From the NCBI GenBank assembly GCA_021299335.1, contig JAJTGF010000004.1, positions 5,885 to 69,884 of the forward strand: a DNA stretch of 64,000 nucleotides, written 5' to 3'. Both the position numbers and the translations under genes were made by a program. This DNA comes from Cryomorphaceae bacterium (GTDB lineage: Bacteria; Bacteroidota; Bacteroidia; Flavobacteriales_D; Crocinitomicaceae). Of the stretch, positions 46,659 through 56,945 are shown piece by piece. Each line of letters begins with the position of its first letter. Position 1 is the first letter of the stretch. A model generated the notes under the pieces. It ran no database searches, was not told the DNA's origin, and saw only the letters and a list, made by a program, of their open reading frames with translations.

Positions 46659-47903
46659 TTAATTCATTGTTACAGCTGCCGCTACAGCAGTAGTGTCCGC
46701 TGGTGCAGCTGGAGCTGCTGCCGCTGCAGGGAAGTATTGATCTTTGAACGTTGCTTTTTTCTTGCCGTCCATCCATTTTGTGTAGGCTGGCTTGTCAAGA
46801 ACAACTACAATCATTTTCATTTTGTAATGTGCACCACCACAAATCTTGTTACACATCAAAATGTAATTGAATTTCTCGTCGTTTTTCTCAAGACGCATTT
46901 CAGCGGTGGTTTTATTCGGCGTGAATTTCATGCGCGTCGCCATTCCAGGGACGGTATTCATTTGTGCGCGGAAATGAGGGAGGTATGCGGAGTGAATAAC
47001 GTCTTTTGCTCTGAGCGCAATTTCGTATTCCTGACCCTTACAAAGATAAAGGGTGTCTTTTTGGATGATGTCATCCCAGGCACTTGCATCTAGTTTTGGA
47101 TTGTGATTTTGTTTCATTTGGGTAAGGAAACGATACAAACGCTCTTTCCTAGATAAATCTGCTTTGAGTACGCTGAGTGTTGAATCACTAAATACGGTAT
47201 CGCGGTTGTTGAGCAATTTTTGCAAGCTGCGGATACCCGTTGCACCTCCGAACATATTGGCCAATGCCGAATCGATTGTATTGGATGTCAACAAAGCCAA
47301 TTCATTGTTGTCAAGGGTCAATTTATAGTCGTAAAGACCGAGGGTGTTGTCTGCACCAGCATAGCGAGCAGTCCAGTCAAATTGCTTAGAGAACAATTCG
47401 ATTTTCTCAGCTTCTGGCGTAGTTGGGCCAGTTAAGTGACTCCAAGTCTGAAGACCAAGAATGATGATGACCGCTAAAACGATGGCCGGTACAACCGTCC
47501 AAAGCATTTCTAATTTGTTGTTGTGAGGATAGTAGAAAGCTGGAACGCCTGGTTTCTTTACATATCGCCAAGTAAAGTAGAACAACAAGAAATTGGTGAA
47601 AAAGAAAATGGCAATAATGATGACAAAATTCAGGTTGAGTAACCAGTCCATCTCTTCACCTTCATGAGAAGCTGCAGATCCTCTACCGGTCCAGCCGTAG
47701 GCGGACATAAGGTAAATGAAAAATGCAAAGAACGCCAACATAAATCCGAACATCATTCGGGCATTTAGGTTGTTATCGCGATGTGAAATCTCGTGTTCTT
47801 CGTTTTTGCGAAGTTTTGCTGAGATTTCATAAATACGCACCAATTGAGCAATTGCGATTGCGCCTAGAACAATGACAAGTAAAATGATTAATTTATTTTC
47901 CAT
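46659..47903 (-). CDS. ctaC: Cytochrome c oxidase subunit II (CuA subunit) with an extended insert
   Basis: 414 aa with two N-terminal TM segments and CuA ligands DVIHSAYLPHF and CNKICGGAHYKM. No CxxCH motif is present, so it is not caa3-type. Confidence 0.85.
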   Translation of the reverse strand: MENKLIILLVIVLGAIAIAQLVRIYEISAKLRKNEEHEISHRDNNLNARMMFGFMLAFFAFFIYLMSAYGWTGRGSAASHEGEEMDWLLNLNFVIIIAIFFFTNFLLFYFTWRYVKKPGVPAFYYPHNNKLEMLWTVVPAIVLAVIIILGLQTWSHLTGPTTPEAEKIELFSKQFDWTARYAGADNTLGLYDYKLTLDNNELALLTSNTIDSALANMFGGATGIRSLQKLLNNRDTVFSDSTLSVLKADLSRKERLYRFLTQMKQNHNPKLDASAWDDIIQKDTLYLCKGQEYEIALRAKDVIHSAYLPHFRAQMNTVPGMATRMKFTPNKTTAEMRLEKNDEKFNYILMCNKICGGAHYKMKMIVVVLDKPAYTKWMDGKKKATFKDQYFPAAAAAPAAPADTTAVAAAVTMN

Positions 47904-47925
47904 GACTTTTTATATTGTCTTCAAA

Positions 47926-49113
47926 TTAAATTTCGTGGTGGTTACTTTCATCCAAGAATGGGTGATTCACTGGCGTAAGTGGTGCTTTAGAGAGGTTGCG
48001 CAACACGACAAAAATGAATACACCTGTCATTAATAGAGCCATTCCAATTTCTAATGCACCGATCTTGGCATTTGCACCGAGGGCTCCGGCTGAGATCATG
48101 ATGTATACATCGAGCCAGTGACCAACGAGTATCATGAGGCCAACAAAAGTTAAAATGCGGGCATTTCTTTTGGCGTCTCGCGACATTAAGATCAACATCG
48201 GGAAAGCAAAATTGATAATGAACATACCGAAATATAACCACTTGAACTCGGCGATGCGCAATTGAAAGTAAACGACTTCTTCACCGATATTCGCATACCA
48301 AATGAGCATGAACTGTGAGAACCACATGTAAGACCACAAGAATGAAGTAGCAAATGCCCACTTACCTAAGTCGTGGATGTGAGAATCGTTGACGTTCGGT
48401 AGGTGTCCTAGTTTTTTAAGATAGAGTGTCGTGAGGATCAAGACAACCATGGTGGAACACCACATGCCTGCAAAAGTATACCAACCAAAAAGTGTCGAGA
48501 ACCAGTGAACATCGATAGACATGATCCAGTCCCAAGCTGAAGTTGAACTGAATACCGCAAAGAATACGAGGAAAGTTGCTCCTTTCTTGTAATTCTTGAA
48601 GTGAAGTTCGGTACCCCCCACTTTATCTTCTTCTAGTGAACGGTTTCTGAAACCTCTCCAGAACAAGAAATAGGTAGTGAAGTAAGCTAATGTTCTGATC
48701 CAAAAGAAAATTTTGTTGAGGTAAGGTGCCTTTTTTCTTACGATTTCGTCATGAGCCTGAACTTCAGGGTCCATCCAGGAATAGATGTGTGCGCCATCGG
48801 CAAAGGTAATCATGAGTAAGACTACTCCTAGGATGAGCATCCCTACTGGCAAAAACCCTGCAACAGCTTCGATGACACGTTTAACAGCAGCATACCAACC
48901 TGTTTCTGTAGCGTATTTCAATGACAAGAAGAAGAGTGAACCTAAACCTAATGCAAAGAAAAAGAAGCCGCTAATGAGGCCAGAAGCCATGAAACGTGTG
49001 AAAAAATGGTGATTTGACGCCGATAAGGCCACACCGATAATTGTCAGGAGCGCACCCAAGCCCATCAGGCCAAATGCTAAGTTTTTCGCTTTTTTGGTGA
49101 TTTGAAATTCCAT
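47926..49113 (-). CDS. actF: Alternative complex III subunit ActF (polytopic membrane subunit)
   Basis: 395 aa with about 10 TM segments. It is the last gene of the actABCDEF order, immediately upstream of the cox genes. Confidence 0.7.
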   Translation of the reverse strand: MEFQITKKAKNLAFGLMGLGALLTIIGVALSASNHHFFTRFMASGLISGFFFFALGLGSLFFLSLKYATETGWYAAVKRVIEAVAGFLPVGMLILGVVLLMITFADGAHIYSWMDPEVQAHDEIVRKKAPYLNKIFFWIRTLAYFTTYFLFWRGFRNRSLEEDKVGGTELHFKNYKKGATFLVFFAVFSSTSAWDWIMSIDVHWFSTLFGWYTFAGMWCSTMVVLILTTLYLKKLGHLPNVNDSHIHDLGKWAFATSFLWSYMWFSQFMLIWYANIGEEVVYFQLRIAEFKWLYFGMFIINFAFPMLILMSRDAKRNARILTFVGLMILVGHWLDVYIMISAGALGANAKIGALEIGMALLMTGVFIFVVLRNLSKAPLTPVNHPFLDESNHHEI

Positions 49114-49125
49114 TGCTCTTCTTGA

Positions 49126-49857
49126 TTAATTCGCGTTTGTTGTGTCTGAGACAGGAGCTGCAAGCGCCGCACCGGTAGCATCAAATTTGCCATAGTTAGC
49201 GTCTTGTAGTCGACGGATGTAATGAATAATGGTCCAGATCTCTTTTTTGTTGAGAATCGAGCCATGAGATCCCATCATGCCTTTTCCATAATAAATAGAA
49301 TAGAACATTTGGCCCTCTGTAGCAGCTAAGCCCACATAGTTAGGGACACCAGCGTAAGCACCACTGAGTACCATTGGACCATTTCCGTCACCTTTTTCAC
49401 CGTGACAGTGCTGACACATTGCCGTGAACAATTCTTTACCTTTGGTAATGACGGTTTCAGCATTTGTTGCATTCAAAAGAAGCGGGTTTTTATCTCCTAC
49501 TGCCAAAGCGTATTCATCCGTAGTGGTGTAGTCCCAGCCATAGAGACCGTGTGTTTCACGGAAAGCTACATTTGGCTTGCGGAAATACGGAAGCATTAGT
49601 TTTACTTCTGAGGAGTCAGTGCCGTAGAACGGAATGGTATTGCGAGGTGGTGTCATGGCTGACAAGCGCCCTTTCAAACTACCATTGATTCTGCCGCGCA
49701 CCTCACCGTAATCTACGTAAGTTTCGATACCTGGCGTGCGGTACATATCTGGGGCGTATTCTAAACCTGGGCTGTCGGCATTAGACACACAGGAGTTCAA
49801 TAGCAGTGACATGGTCAAGGCTGCTCCACTAAACAATGTGTAAACGATTTTTTTCAT
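49126..49857 (-). CDS. actE: Alternative complex III subunit ActE (monoheme cytochrome c lipoprotein)
   Basis: 243 aa with a lipobox (LLLNSC) and a single CxxCH (CQHCHGEKGDG). Confidence 0.75.
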   Translation of the reverse strand: MKKIVYTLFSGAALTMSLLLNSCVSNADSPGLEYAPDMYRTPGIETYVDYGEVRGRINGSLKGRLSAMTPPRNTIPFYGTDSSEVKLMLPYFRKPNVAFRETHGLYGWDYTTTDEYALAVGDKNPLLLNATNAETVITKGKELFTAMCQHCHGEKGDGNGPMVLSGAYAGVPNYVGLAATEGQMFYSIYYGKGMMGSHGSILNKKEIWTIIHYIRRLQDANYGKFDATGAALAAPVSDTTNAN

Positions 49858-49869
49858 GAGGCCCTGTAC

Positions 49870-50406
49870 TTATTTAATTTCTTTTTTATCCAATTCGAGG
49901 TAACCGATTTCTTGTAACATGCCGTCGAGCTCTGCTTCGGTTACGTTATGGTTTTCGCTGAGGCGGATTTCCATTACAAACTTGTCGTCGGTAGTACGTG
50001 GATCTGGGTTTTGAGCAGGCATGCCTGGCAAAGTCTTGTTGCGAAGCAAGTAGGTGATTGCCATACCGTGCGCAGCACACATTACAGTAAACTCAAAACT
50101 GATCGGAACGAATGCCAACATATTTTCTAAGTAAGAAAAGTTTGGTTTACCCCCGATGTTCATTGGCCAGTCGACAACCATGAAATAACGCATACCGATA
50201 GTAGCCAGCGTTAAACCTGTTAGACCATAAAGAAAGGCCATGATGCCCAATCGTGTGTTTTTCACACCGATAATGGGGTCAATTCCGTGAATTGGGAATG
50301 GAGAGAAAACCTCTGAAATTTTAACTCCTTTGGCGACGAGCTTTTTAGCGCTGTTTTTGAGCACTTCGTCGTCGTCATACATTACGTATAGAACTTTATC
50401 TGACAT
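49870..50406 (-). CDS. actD: Alternative complex III subunit ActD (DUF3341-type)
   Basis: 178 aa with a soluble N-terminal part (VLYVMYDDDE...FSPFPIHGID) followed by two TM segments. Confidence 0.7.
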   Translation of the reverse strand: MSDKVLYVMYDDDEVLKNSAKKLVAKGVKISEVFSPFPIHGIDPIIGVKNTRLGIMAFLYGLTGLTLATIGMRYFMVVDWPMNIGGKPNFSYLENMLAFVPISFEFTVMCAAHGMAITYLLRNKTLPGMPAQNPDPRTTDDKFVMEIRLSENHNVTEAELDGMLQEIGYLELDKKEIK

Positions 50407-50415
50407 AGCCTTTGC

Positions 50416-51804
50416 TTAATGATGTTTGTGATAATCTGGAGACTCTTTGTAAGATTGACCTGAGCCCTTCAAAATTGTTTTGACTTCGTTGAGGGCAAGT
50501 ACTGGGAAGTAACGTGCAAACAACAAGAAGAAAACAAAGAATAAACCAATGGTGCCGATGTAAACTGCGATATCGATGTGGCTTGGGAAGTGCATGCTCC
50601 AAGCAGCTGGAACGTAGTCGCGGTGAATCGAGGTAACGATAATTACGTAACGCTCGAACCACATACCGATGTTTACAACGATCGAAATAAAGAATGTAAA
50701 CAAGAGGCTGCGGCGTAAACGACGGATCCACATCAGCTGAGGAGAAATTACGTTACAAGTCATCATGGACCAGTATGCCCACCAATAAGGACCCGTTGCG
50801 CGGTTGATGAACGCATAAGATTCGTATTCTACACCTGAGTACCAAGAAATGAAAAGCTCAGTGATGTAAGCGGTACCAACAATAGAGCCGGTAACCATGA
50901 TCACGATGTTCATGTACTCCACGTGCTTGGTGTGGATGTAAGCCTCTAGACCCATTGCTTTACGCATAATGAGCAATAGCGTTTGCACCATTGCAAATCC
51001 AGAGAATACCGCACCCGCTACGAAGTATGGCGGGAAGATAGTGGTATGCCATCCTGGGATAACCGATGTGGCAAAGTCAAATGATACGATCGAGTGAACC
51101 GAGAATACGAGTGGCGTAGCCAAACCAGCCAACACCAAAGAAACCAATTCGAAACGATTCCAGTGCTTAGCACGGCCAGACCATCCAAATGAAAGGATGC
51201 CGTACATTTTTTTAGCAAGTGGTTTTTTAGCGCGATCGCGGATGGTAGCGAAGTCAGGGATCAGACCGATATACCAGAATACGAGCGATACTGAAAGGTA
51301 AGTTGAAATCGCGAATACGTCCCAGAGTAACGGGGAGTTGAAGTTAACCCAAAGTGAACCAAATTGGTTTGGAATCGGCATTACCCAGTAACCAACCCAT
51401 AAACGACCCATGTGAATGAGTGGAAACGTACCAGCCATAAATACCGCAAAGATGGTCATGGCTTCTGCAGAACGGTTAATGGCCATACGCCATTTTTGAC
51501 GGAATAGAAGAAGTACCGCTGAAATGAGGGTTCCGGCGTGTCCGATACCTACCCACCAAACGAAGTTGGTGATATCCCAGGCCCAACCAATTGTTTTGTT
51601 GAGACCCCAGACACCAATACCTGTTCCGAGTAGATACAAAATACTTCCTACACCGTAAAGTCCGATAACGAGGGCGATCCCGAATAGGATATACCACATT
51701 TTAGGTGCTTTGTCCTCAATCGGACGACAAACATCTTCTGTTACGTCATGATAGGTTTTGTGACCTAAAATGAGGGGCTCTCTGATTGCTGCTTCCTTTT
51801 GCAT
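50416..51804 (-). CDS. actC: Alternative complex III subunit ActC (NrfD/PsrC-like quinol-interacting membrane subunit)
   Basis: 462 aa with about 10 TM segments and an NrfD-like pattern. It directly follows the Fe-S/molybdopterin-like subunit. Confidence 0.8.
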   Translation of the reverse strand: MQKEAAIREPLILGHKTYHDVTEDVCRPIEDKAPKMWYILFGIALVIGLYGVGSILYLLGTGIGVWGLNKTIGWAWDITNFVWWVGIGHAGTLISAVLLLFRQKWRMAINRSAEAMTIFAVFMAGTFPLIHMGRLWVGYWVMPIPNQFGSLWVNFNSPLLWDVFAISTYLSVSLVFWYIGLIPDFATIRDRAKKPLAKKMYGILSFGWSGRAKHWNRFELVSLVLAGLATPLVFSVHSIVSFDFATSVIPGWHTTIFPPYFVAGAVFSGFAMVQTLLLIMRKAMGLEAYIHTKHVEYMNIVIMVTGSIVGTAYITELFISWYSGVEYESYAFINRATGPYWWAYWSMMTCNVISPQLMWIRRLRRSLLFTFFISIVVNIGMWFERYVIIVTSIHRDYVPAAWSMHFPSHIDIAVYIGTIGLFFVFFLLFARYFPVLALNEVKTILKGSGQSYKESPDYHKHH

Positions 51805-51828
51805 TGCAGTAGTTTAATTGAATAATAA

Positions 51829-54800
51829 TTAATGATGAGCTTGTTCAGCTACTTGAATATGATCGAGCAAGGAGTTGTCTTCGTTGCGCACTTTAACTTG
51901 ATACCATACGTTTGGCTTCACACCTACTTCTTCGAGTGCTTGATAGGCACGAACACCTTCTGATTTCTCGCGGATCATAGATTTGAGGTCATTCCAGTCA
52001 CCAACGACAATGGCATTAGTAGGACAAGCATCAGAACAAGCTGTTGCGAATTCGCCATCGGCAATCACGCGCGCTTCTTTCTTCGCTACTAATTTGGTAG
52101 CTTGGATGCGTTGTACACACAATGAACATTTTTCCATGACACCACGGGTACGAACAGTAACATCTGGGTTAAGGACCATGCGGCCGAGGTCGTCTTGTGC
52201 CGGGTTGACTTCCGTAAACTTCTTGTACGAAGGATAGTTGAACCAGTTGAAACGACGGACTTTGTATGGACAGTTGTTGGCGCAGTAACGCGTTCCGATA
52301 CAACGGTTGTAAGCCATTTGGTTGAGGCCTTCGTTGGAGTGCGTTGTTGCAGCCACCGGACAAACGGTTTCGCAAGGAGCGTGGTTACAGTGATGGCACA
52401 TTAAAGGCATGTGAACCACACTTGGGTTGAGGGCAGGAATTTCTGCCGCATCATAGCTAAATGTTTCTTTGTCTGCTTTGGTACCAACTGCAGCTTCTTC
52501 GTCAGAAGCAAAATAGCGGTCGATGCGCAACCAATGCATTTCACGACCACGACGTACTTCGTCCTTGCCCACTACAGGTACGTTATTCTCGGATTGACAA
52601 GCGATGAGGCAAGATCCACAACCAATACATGATGAAAGGTCGATGGAGATACCCCAGCGGTGACCAATCTTCTCAACAGGGTGTGCTGCCCAGAGGTCAA
52701 ATTCAGAGACAGGAGCCTCGACGTGTTTGCCGTGTTTGTCTAGCTTCTGAAGTTTGTGAGCTTCATTGTAAGCGTCTTTTTCGCGCTCTTTGAATATAGA
52801 TAAGGTAGTCTCGCGAACGATAGAATCACGGCCCATAACGGTGTGGTGAATCTGAGTTGCTGCGATAGGGTAAGTGCCATTTGCATCGGTAACCTTTGCC
52901 GCAGCGCTGTAAAGAAGTGTAGCTCCAGTGGATAGCATGCCGAAGACATTGGCACCAATCGGCGTTAGCTTGCCATCTTCTGTTTGAGCGTGACCACCAT
53001 ACTCTTTTGTTTGAAATGCAGCCTTACCAATGTTTTCACCATTAGCTCCGCGTCCGTAACCAAGAGCGATACCAATTGTTTTAGGCGCTTGACCTGGTAA
53101 TGGATATACTGGAAGTGTCACAGATTTACCGTTGACGGTAACCGTTGCAAGATTTAGACCATGTTCTTGATCGTAGGTGGTGGCATATTTACCTTCCATC
53201 TCTACTGGATTCATGGTGATGTAGTTGTCCCAGGTTACTTTGGTAACAGGGTCAGGCATTTCTTGCAACCATGGGTTATTGGCAAATTGGCCGTTTCCGA
53301 TGGCAGCTTTTTGGTAAAATACAACTTCGGTATCGGCAGATTTTGGCAAATCTTTCACCGCCGCAGCTGTAAAAGTAAGTACAGCAGGTACAACTGGAAG
53401 GGTGGTACAGCTGTTATGTGTGAGGTAATTGAAGTCTCCAGTTGGATTCATGGCAGCAAAAGTTGCCTTGATGTAGTCATAAGCTACAGCAGAATCTTGA
53501 CCACCGCGATTAGCAGCTCCGTTCCAAACAAGCAATGATTCTAAAGCGCTTGCTGTATTGTGCAATGGGCGAATTGTTGGCTGACCAATTGCATATTCAC
53601 CTGCTTTTGCTTGGTGATCTGTCCAATTTTCTAATTGGTGGTGATCAGGGCAAACATAAGTACAATTGCTGGCTGTCTCGTCTTCGAAAGAAGAGATGGC
53701 GACTGAAGTTTTAATTGATTTCAATCCTTTTGCAAAAGCTGCTCCGTTTGGCAAGCTATAAACAGGATTGACACCCATCATGATCAAGACATCAGGACCT
53801 TTGCCAGCAGCAACATTGGCTGCCAACTTGAGTGCCTTCGCGTCTTCTGATTGATGAAGTTCAATGGTGTTGCTCAAATCGATGGTTGAACCGTATGCAC
53901 CTAAAATGTTGTTGAGTTCATTAGCAAGTTGCTGAACACCGATATGGTTTGAACCTGCAACTACTAAAGATGATTTTTTAGATTTTTTGAGGGCCGCTAC
54001 TGCTTTGTCGGCAGCTGCTTTCCAAGAGCCGCCTGTAGCCGCTTTACCTTGCACTGCTTTGATCATGTAAGCAAGAACTGCTGCTTCTTCTGAAGGTTTG
54101 ATCATGCTGCGTACGTCGGCATTTGATCCAGTTACAGAAAGAACCGACTCAAATTGGAAGTGCTTAGACATCCACTCCCCTTCTGGGTTGCGGGTTGCCC
54201 CGTATTGTACGGCGAATTCAGTTGGCAACAACCATGTGCTCAAGAAGTCTGCGCCTACAGAAACGATTGTTTTTGCTTTGGAGAAATCATAGCTTGGAAT
54301 GATGCGTGCTCCGAAATTGAGCAAGTTCGCCTCGCGCATACCAGCGTAAGAAATAGCATCGTATTGGATGTGCTCGAATTTGGATTCGCCTTCTCCGTTG
54401 AATTGAGCTGCCATCTCAGCGATAGCACGCTTGATAGATGGAGAGATCACTGTATTGGAAAGTAAGGTAACCTTACCAGCATTTTTAAGCGCCTCTTTGA
54501 TACCGTCATCGACGGCTCCCCAGGTAGTTTTGGAACCTTTATACAAAGGTTGGGTCAGACGAGCTGAGTCATAGAGACCAAGTACCGAAGCAATGATTTG
54601 TGGATTGGTTCCGCCTTTAGTGAAGCCAAAGTCTTTGTTTCCTTTGATAAAAATAGGACGACCTTCACGTGTTTTGACCATGATACTTGCATATGAAGAT
54701 CCATCATAGTACGTACTTGCATACCATGTAGGCATACCAGGCGTTACGTTTTCTGGTTTCACAGCGTAAGGAACAACTTTGGTGACCGGAGCCTCACAAG

Positions 54801-55002
54801 CAGCTAAGGTAGCAGCTGCAACAGAGAACCCGAGAAACTTCAAGAAGTCGCGACGAGCGGTAGATGACTCTGCGAGATTTTCATCAGCTAAGAAATCTTC
54901 AACACTTTGTTGGTTTGGAAATTCTTGATCTTTGTGCTTGATGAACTCAGGTGTTTGCTTGAGTTCGTCAATACCTTTCCAATATTTTTTTGACATTTCC
55001 AT
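51829..55002 (-). CDS. actB: Alternative complex III subunit ActB (Tat-exported molybdopterin-oxidoreductase-like plus 4Fe-4S ferredoxin fusion)
   Basis: 1057 aa with a twin-arginine signal (STARRDFLKFLGF). The C-terminal third has several Cys clusters (CIGCGSCLIAC, CHHCNHAPCETVCP, CIGTRYCANNCP, CSLC...C). Confidence 0.85.
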   Translation of the reverse strand: MEMSKKYWKGIDELKQTPEFIKHKDQEFPNQQSVEDFLADENLAESSTARRDFLKFLGFSVAAATLAACEAPVTKVVPYAVKPENVTPGMPTWYASTYYDGSSYASIMVKTREGRPIFIKGNKDFGFTKGGTNPQIIASVLGLYDSARLTQPLYKGSKTTWGAVDDGIKEALKNAGKVTLLSNTVISPSIKRAIAEMAAQFNGEGESKFEHIQYDAISYAGMREANLLNFGARIIPSYDFSKAKTIVSVGADFLSTWLLPTEFAVQYGATRNPEGEWMSKHFQFESVLSVTGSNADVRSMIKPSEEAAVLAYMIKAVQGKAATGGSWKAAADKAVAALKKSKKSSLVVAGSNHIGVQQLANELNNILGAYGSTIDLSNTIELHQSEDAKALKLAANVAAGKGPDVLIMMGVNPVYSLPNGAAFAKGLKSIKTSVAISSFEDETASNCTYVCPDHHQLENWTDHQAKAGEYAIGQPTIRPLHNTASALESLLVWNGAANRGGQDSAVAYDYIKATFAAMNPTGDFNYLTHNSCTTLPVVPAVLTFTAAAVKDLPKSADTEVVFYQKAAIGNGQFANNPWLQEMPDPVTKVTWDNYITMNPVEMEGKYATTYDQEHGLNLATVTVNGKSVTLPVYPLPGQAPKTIGIALGYGRGANGENIGKAAFQTKEYGGHAQTEDGKLTPIGANVFGMLSTGATLLYSAAAKVTDANGTYPIAATQIHHTVMGRDSIVRETTLSIFKEREKDAYNEAHKLQKLDKHGKHVEAPVSEFDLWAAHPVEKIGHRWGISIDLSSCIGCGSCLIACQSENNVPVVGKDEVRRGREMHWLRIDRYFASDEEAAVGTKADKETFSYDAAEIPALNPSVVHMPLMCHHCNHAPCETVCPVAATTHSNEGLNQMAYNRCIGTRYCANNCPYKVRRFNWFNYPSYKKFTEVNPAQDDLGRMVLNPDVTVRTRGVMEKCSLCVQRIQATKLVAKKEARVIADGEFATACSDACPTNAIVVGDWNDLKSMIREKSEGVRAYQALEEVGVKPNVWYQVKVRNEDNSLLDHIQVAEQAHH

Positions 55003-55035
55003 GGTCTTATTTCGACAAGTATGGTTATTACTTAA

Positions 55036-56385
55036 TTAATAGTGGCATTTTGCACATTCCCATCCACCAAGTTCATTGACAGTTACTTTACCGTCGTCGT
55101 TGAGGTATTGTGCGTAAAGTTTAGGGTCTTTTTTGAGGCGACGGTGAATTTCGTCGTAGTAAGCGTTTTTACCGTTACCGATAGCGACGTCTTTTTTACC
55201 GTGACATTCAATACACCAACCCATTGTGAGGGTTTTGCGCGTGAGTTTGATATTCCCTTCAATTTTGTTGAGTTCTTCTACTGGCTGAACTTTTACAGTT
55301 TCTACTTGCTGCGTCATGTCGCCGTGGCATTGCTTACAGTCTAGGCCTCCGACAACAACGTGTTGAGAGTGATTGAAGTAGACGTGCTCAGGCAAGACGT
55401 GCACTTTATTCCAAACAATGGGTTTGGTTTTGCCGGTGTATTTCATGCCTTCTTTATCCCATCCTGCAGCAGCATAGATTTTTTTGATTTGACCTTCGAA
55501 AGGTTTGCCCGCGCCGTCGATTTGTTTGTGACAGTTCATACAAACGTTGACCGAAGGAATACTCGCGGATTTAGATTTGGTAACGGTGTTGTGACAGTAT
55601 TTACAGTCAATGCCGTTGATGCCAGCGTGTTGGCTGTGCGGGAAGGCAATTGGCTGCGAAGGCTGGTAACCTTCCATGATATTGATTGAGTACAACGATT
55701 GGAATAACGCTACAATAATTGAAATCACGACTACAAGTGTAGCCAAACCAACTTGTAAACGGTATTTCCAAGCCAAGGCGCGCAATTCTTCGCCGTAGGT
55801 CATTTTTTCTGCTTCACCCTCTTCTTCAGAGGTAGCAATTTTGAGCTGACGACGAACGCCGCCAACCGCCATGATGATCACGACAAAAATAACGCCCATG
55901 ATGAGCCAAATCCAGGTATTGGATTCTTCCTCAACTGGTTCAGCAGAAAGTGCCCCTTCAGCACCTGTAGCACCACCACCTGCAGTAGCACCGCCACCCG
56001 CAGCAGGATCTGGTTGTGCATCTACCCAATCCAAGATAGCGTCGATGTCTTCTTTTTTGAGGTCTGGGAACGCAGACATGGCCGTTGGAGACCACTTAGA
56101 AACCTCGGCAGCATAAGGATCGTTGGCTGCGGCAGTTTGCCAGTTGTTTACCCATTGGTAGATGCTGCCATCTTTTGCTCCACCAGCTGCCCACTTTGCT
56201 CTAACTCCGGCTAATTTGGGCCCTGTAGAGTTTTTGTGTGGCATGTGACAAGTGGCACATTTGGCCTTAAATAGGCCTTCTCCTTGCGCAGAAGCAAAAT
56301 TTGAGAAAACAGCAAAGCTGAAAATTAGCGAGGCAAAAGCCAGGGATTTGATGCGCTTAAGCGACTGAATGTTAGATATTTCCAT
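55036..56385 (-). CDS. actA: Alternative complex III subunit ActA, pentaheme module with an extra N-terminal monoheme cytochrome c domain
   Basis: 449 aa with six CxxCH motifs (CATCH, CKYCH, CMNCH, CKQCH, CIECH, CAKCH). The first sits in a separate N-terminal domain, separated from the rest by an A/G-rich linker and two TM segments. Confidence 0.8.
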   Translation of the reverse strand: MEISNIQSLKRIKSLAFASLIFSFAVFSNFASAQGEGLFKAKCATCHMPHKNSTGPKLAGVRAKWAAGGAKDGSIYQWVNNWQTAAANDPYAAEVSKWSPTAMSAFPDLKKEDIDAILDWVDAQPDPAAGGGATAGGGATGAEGALSAEPVEEESNTWIWLIMGVIFVVIIMAVGGVRRQLKIATSEEEGEAEKMTYGEELRALAWKYRLQVGLATLVVVISIIVALFQSLYSINIMEGYQPSQPIAFPHSQHAGINGIDCKYCHNTVTKSKSASIPSVNVCMNCHKQIDGAGKPFEGQIKKIYAAAGWDKEGMKYTGKTKPIVWNKVHVLPEHVYFNHSQHVVVGGLDCKQCHGDMTQQVETVKVQPVEELNKIEGNIKLTRKTLTMGWCIECHGKKDVAIGNGKNAYYDEIHRRLKKDPKLYAQYLNDDGKVTVNELGGWECAKCHY

Positions 56386-56444
56386 GTAAAAAATTACTAA
56401 TTCACTCTTTAAAATAGGGCGGGAAACCCGCGTTTTATCGGCAG

Positions 56445-56452
56445 CAAAATTA
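56445..56452 (-). promoter_or_regulatory. -7 box TAATTTTG upstream of the act operon
   Basis: The reverse complement reads TAATTTTG about 60 nt upstream of the actA ATG. A small hairpin (GCGGG-ttt-CCCGC, about 56419-56433) lies in the predicted leader. Confidence 0.35.
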
Positions 56453-56569
56453 AAGTAATCAAGGCAGTTAATGACATTTTGATGACAAAAATTAAGGGTC
56501 TCATGTTAATTTAAAATGAATCTAAATAAGCGCTTTGTTTTGCCAAAATTTCTGATTTACTTTGCGACT

Positions 56570-56938
56570 ATGAAAGGTTTCTTTATCCTCGCTTTTATCC
56601 TGCTATTTTACAAGGATTTATGTGCTCAAATCCAAGTCATTACCGACCCGAGAATTGAGCAACGCGTGGCCAGCAAGAACAATAAGCAAATGCCTGGTTA
56701 TCGCGTGCAACTTTGTTTTGACTCGGATAAAACAACCATTGACCAAACGCGAGCGCAGTTCGTTGGCGAATTTCCAAAAATAGATACTTATGTGCGCTTT
56801 GAGGCACCCAATTTCAATTTAATGGTTGGGGATTTCAGGACGCAAAAAGAAGCTGAGGAATTGGTTGCGCTCATACGAGGGCGCTATCCGCTGACGATTG
56901 TCCATAAAGAACAAATCAATTTGCCAAGAATTGACTAA
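56570..56938 (+). CDS. SPOR domain-containing protein
   Basis: The ATG at 56570 (MKGFFILAFILLFYKDLCAQ) is preferred. The SPOR-like pattern is GYRVQL.......T.....R..F...FP......RFEAPNF.L.VGDF....EAE.L. Confidence 0.6.
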   Translation: MKGFFILAFILLFYKDLCAQIQVITDPRIEQRVASKNNKQMPGYRVQLCFDSDKTTIDQTRAQFVGEFPKIDTYVRFEAPNFNLMVGDFRTQKEAEELVALIRGRYPLTIVHKEQINLPRID

Positions 56939-56945
56939 AAAGCAG

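Noticed and set aside
50396-50731. 111-aa minus-strand ORF overlapping actC/actD, and similar small ORFs inside the coxI, actB and actA genes
   Set aside because: They are out-of-frame overlaps within strongly supported respiratory genes, with no independent signals.
56386-56515. Riboswitch or sRNA in the act-operon leader / divergent intergenic region
   Set aside because: Only one short 5-bp hairpin (GCGGG/CCCGC) is present. There are no conserved riboswitch cores that I can recognise, and the region is adequately explained by divergent promoters.
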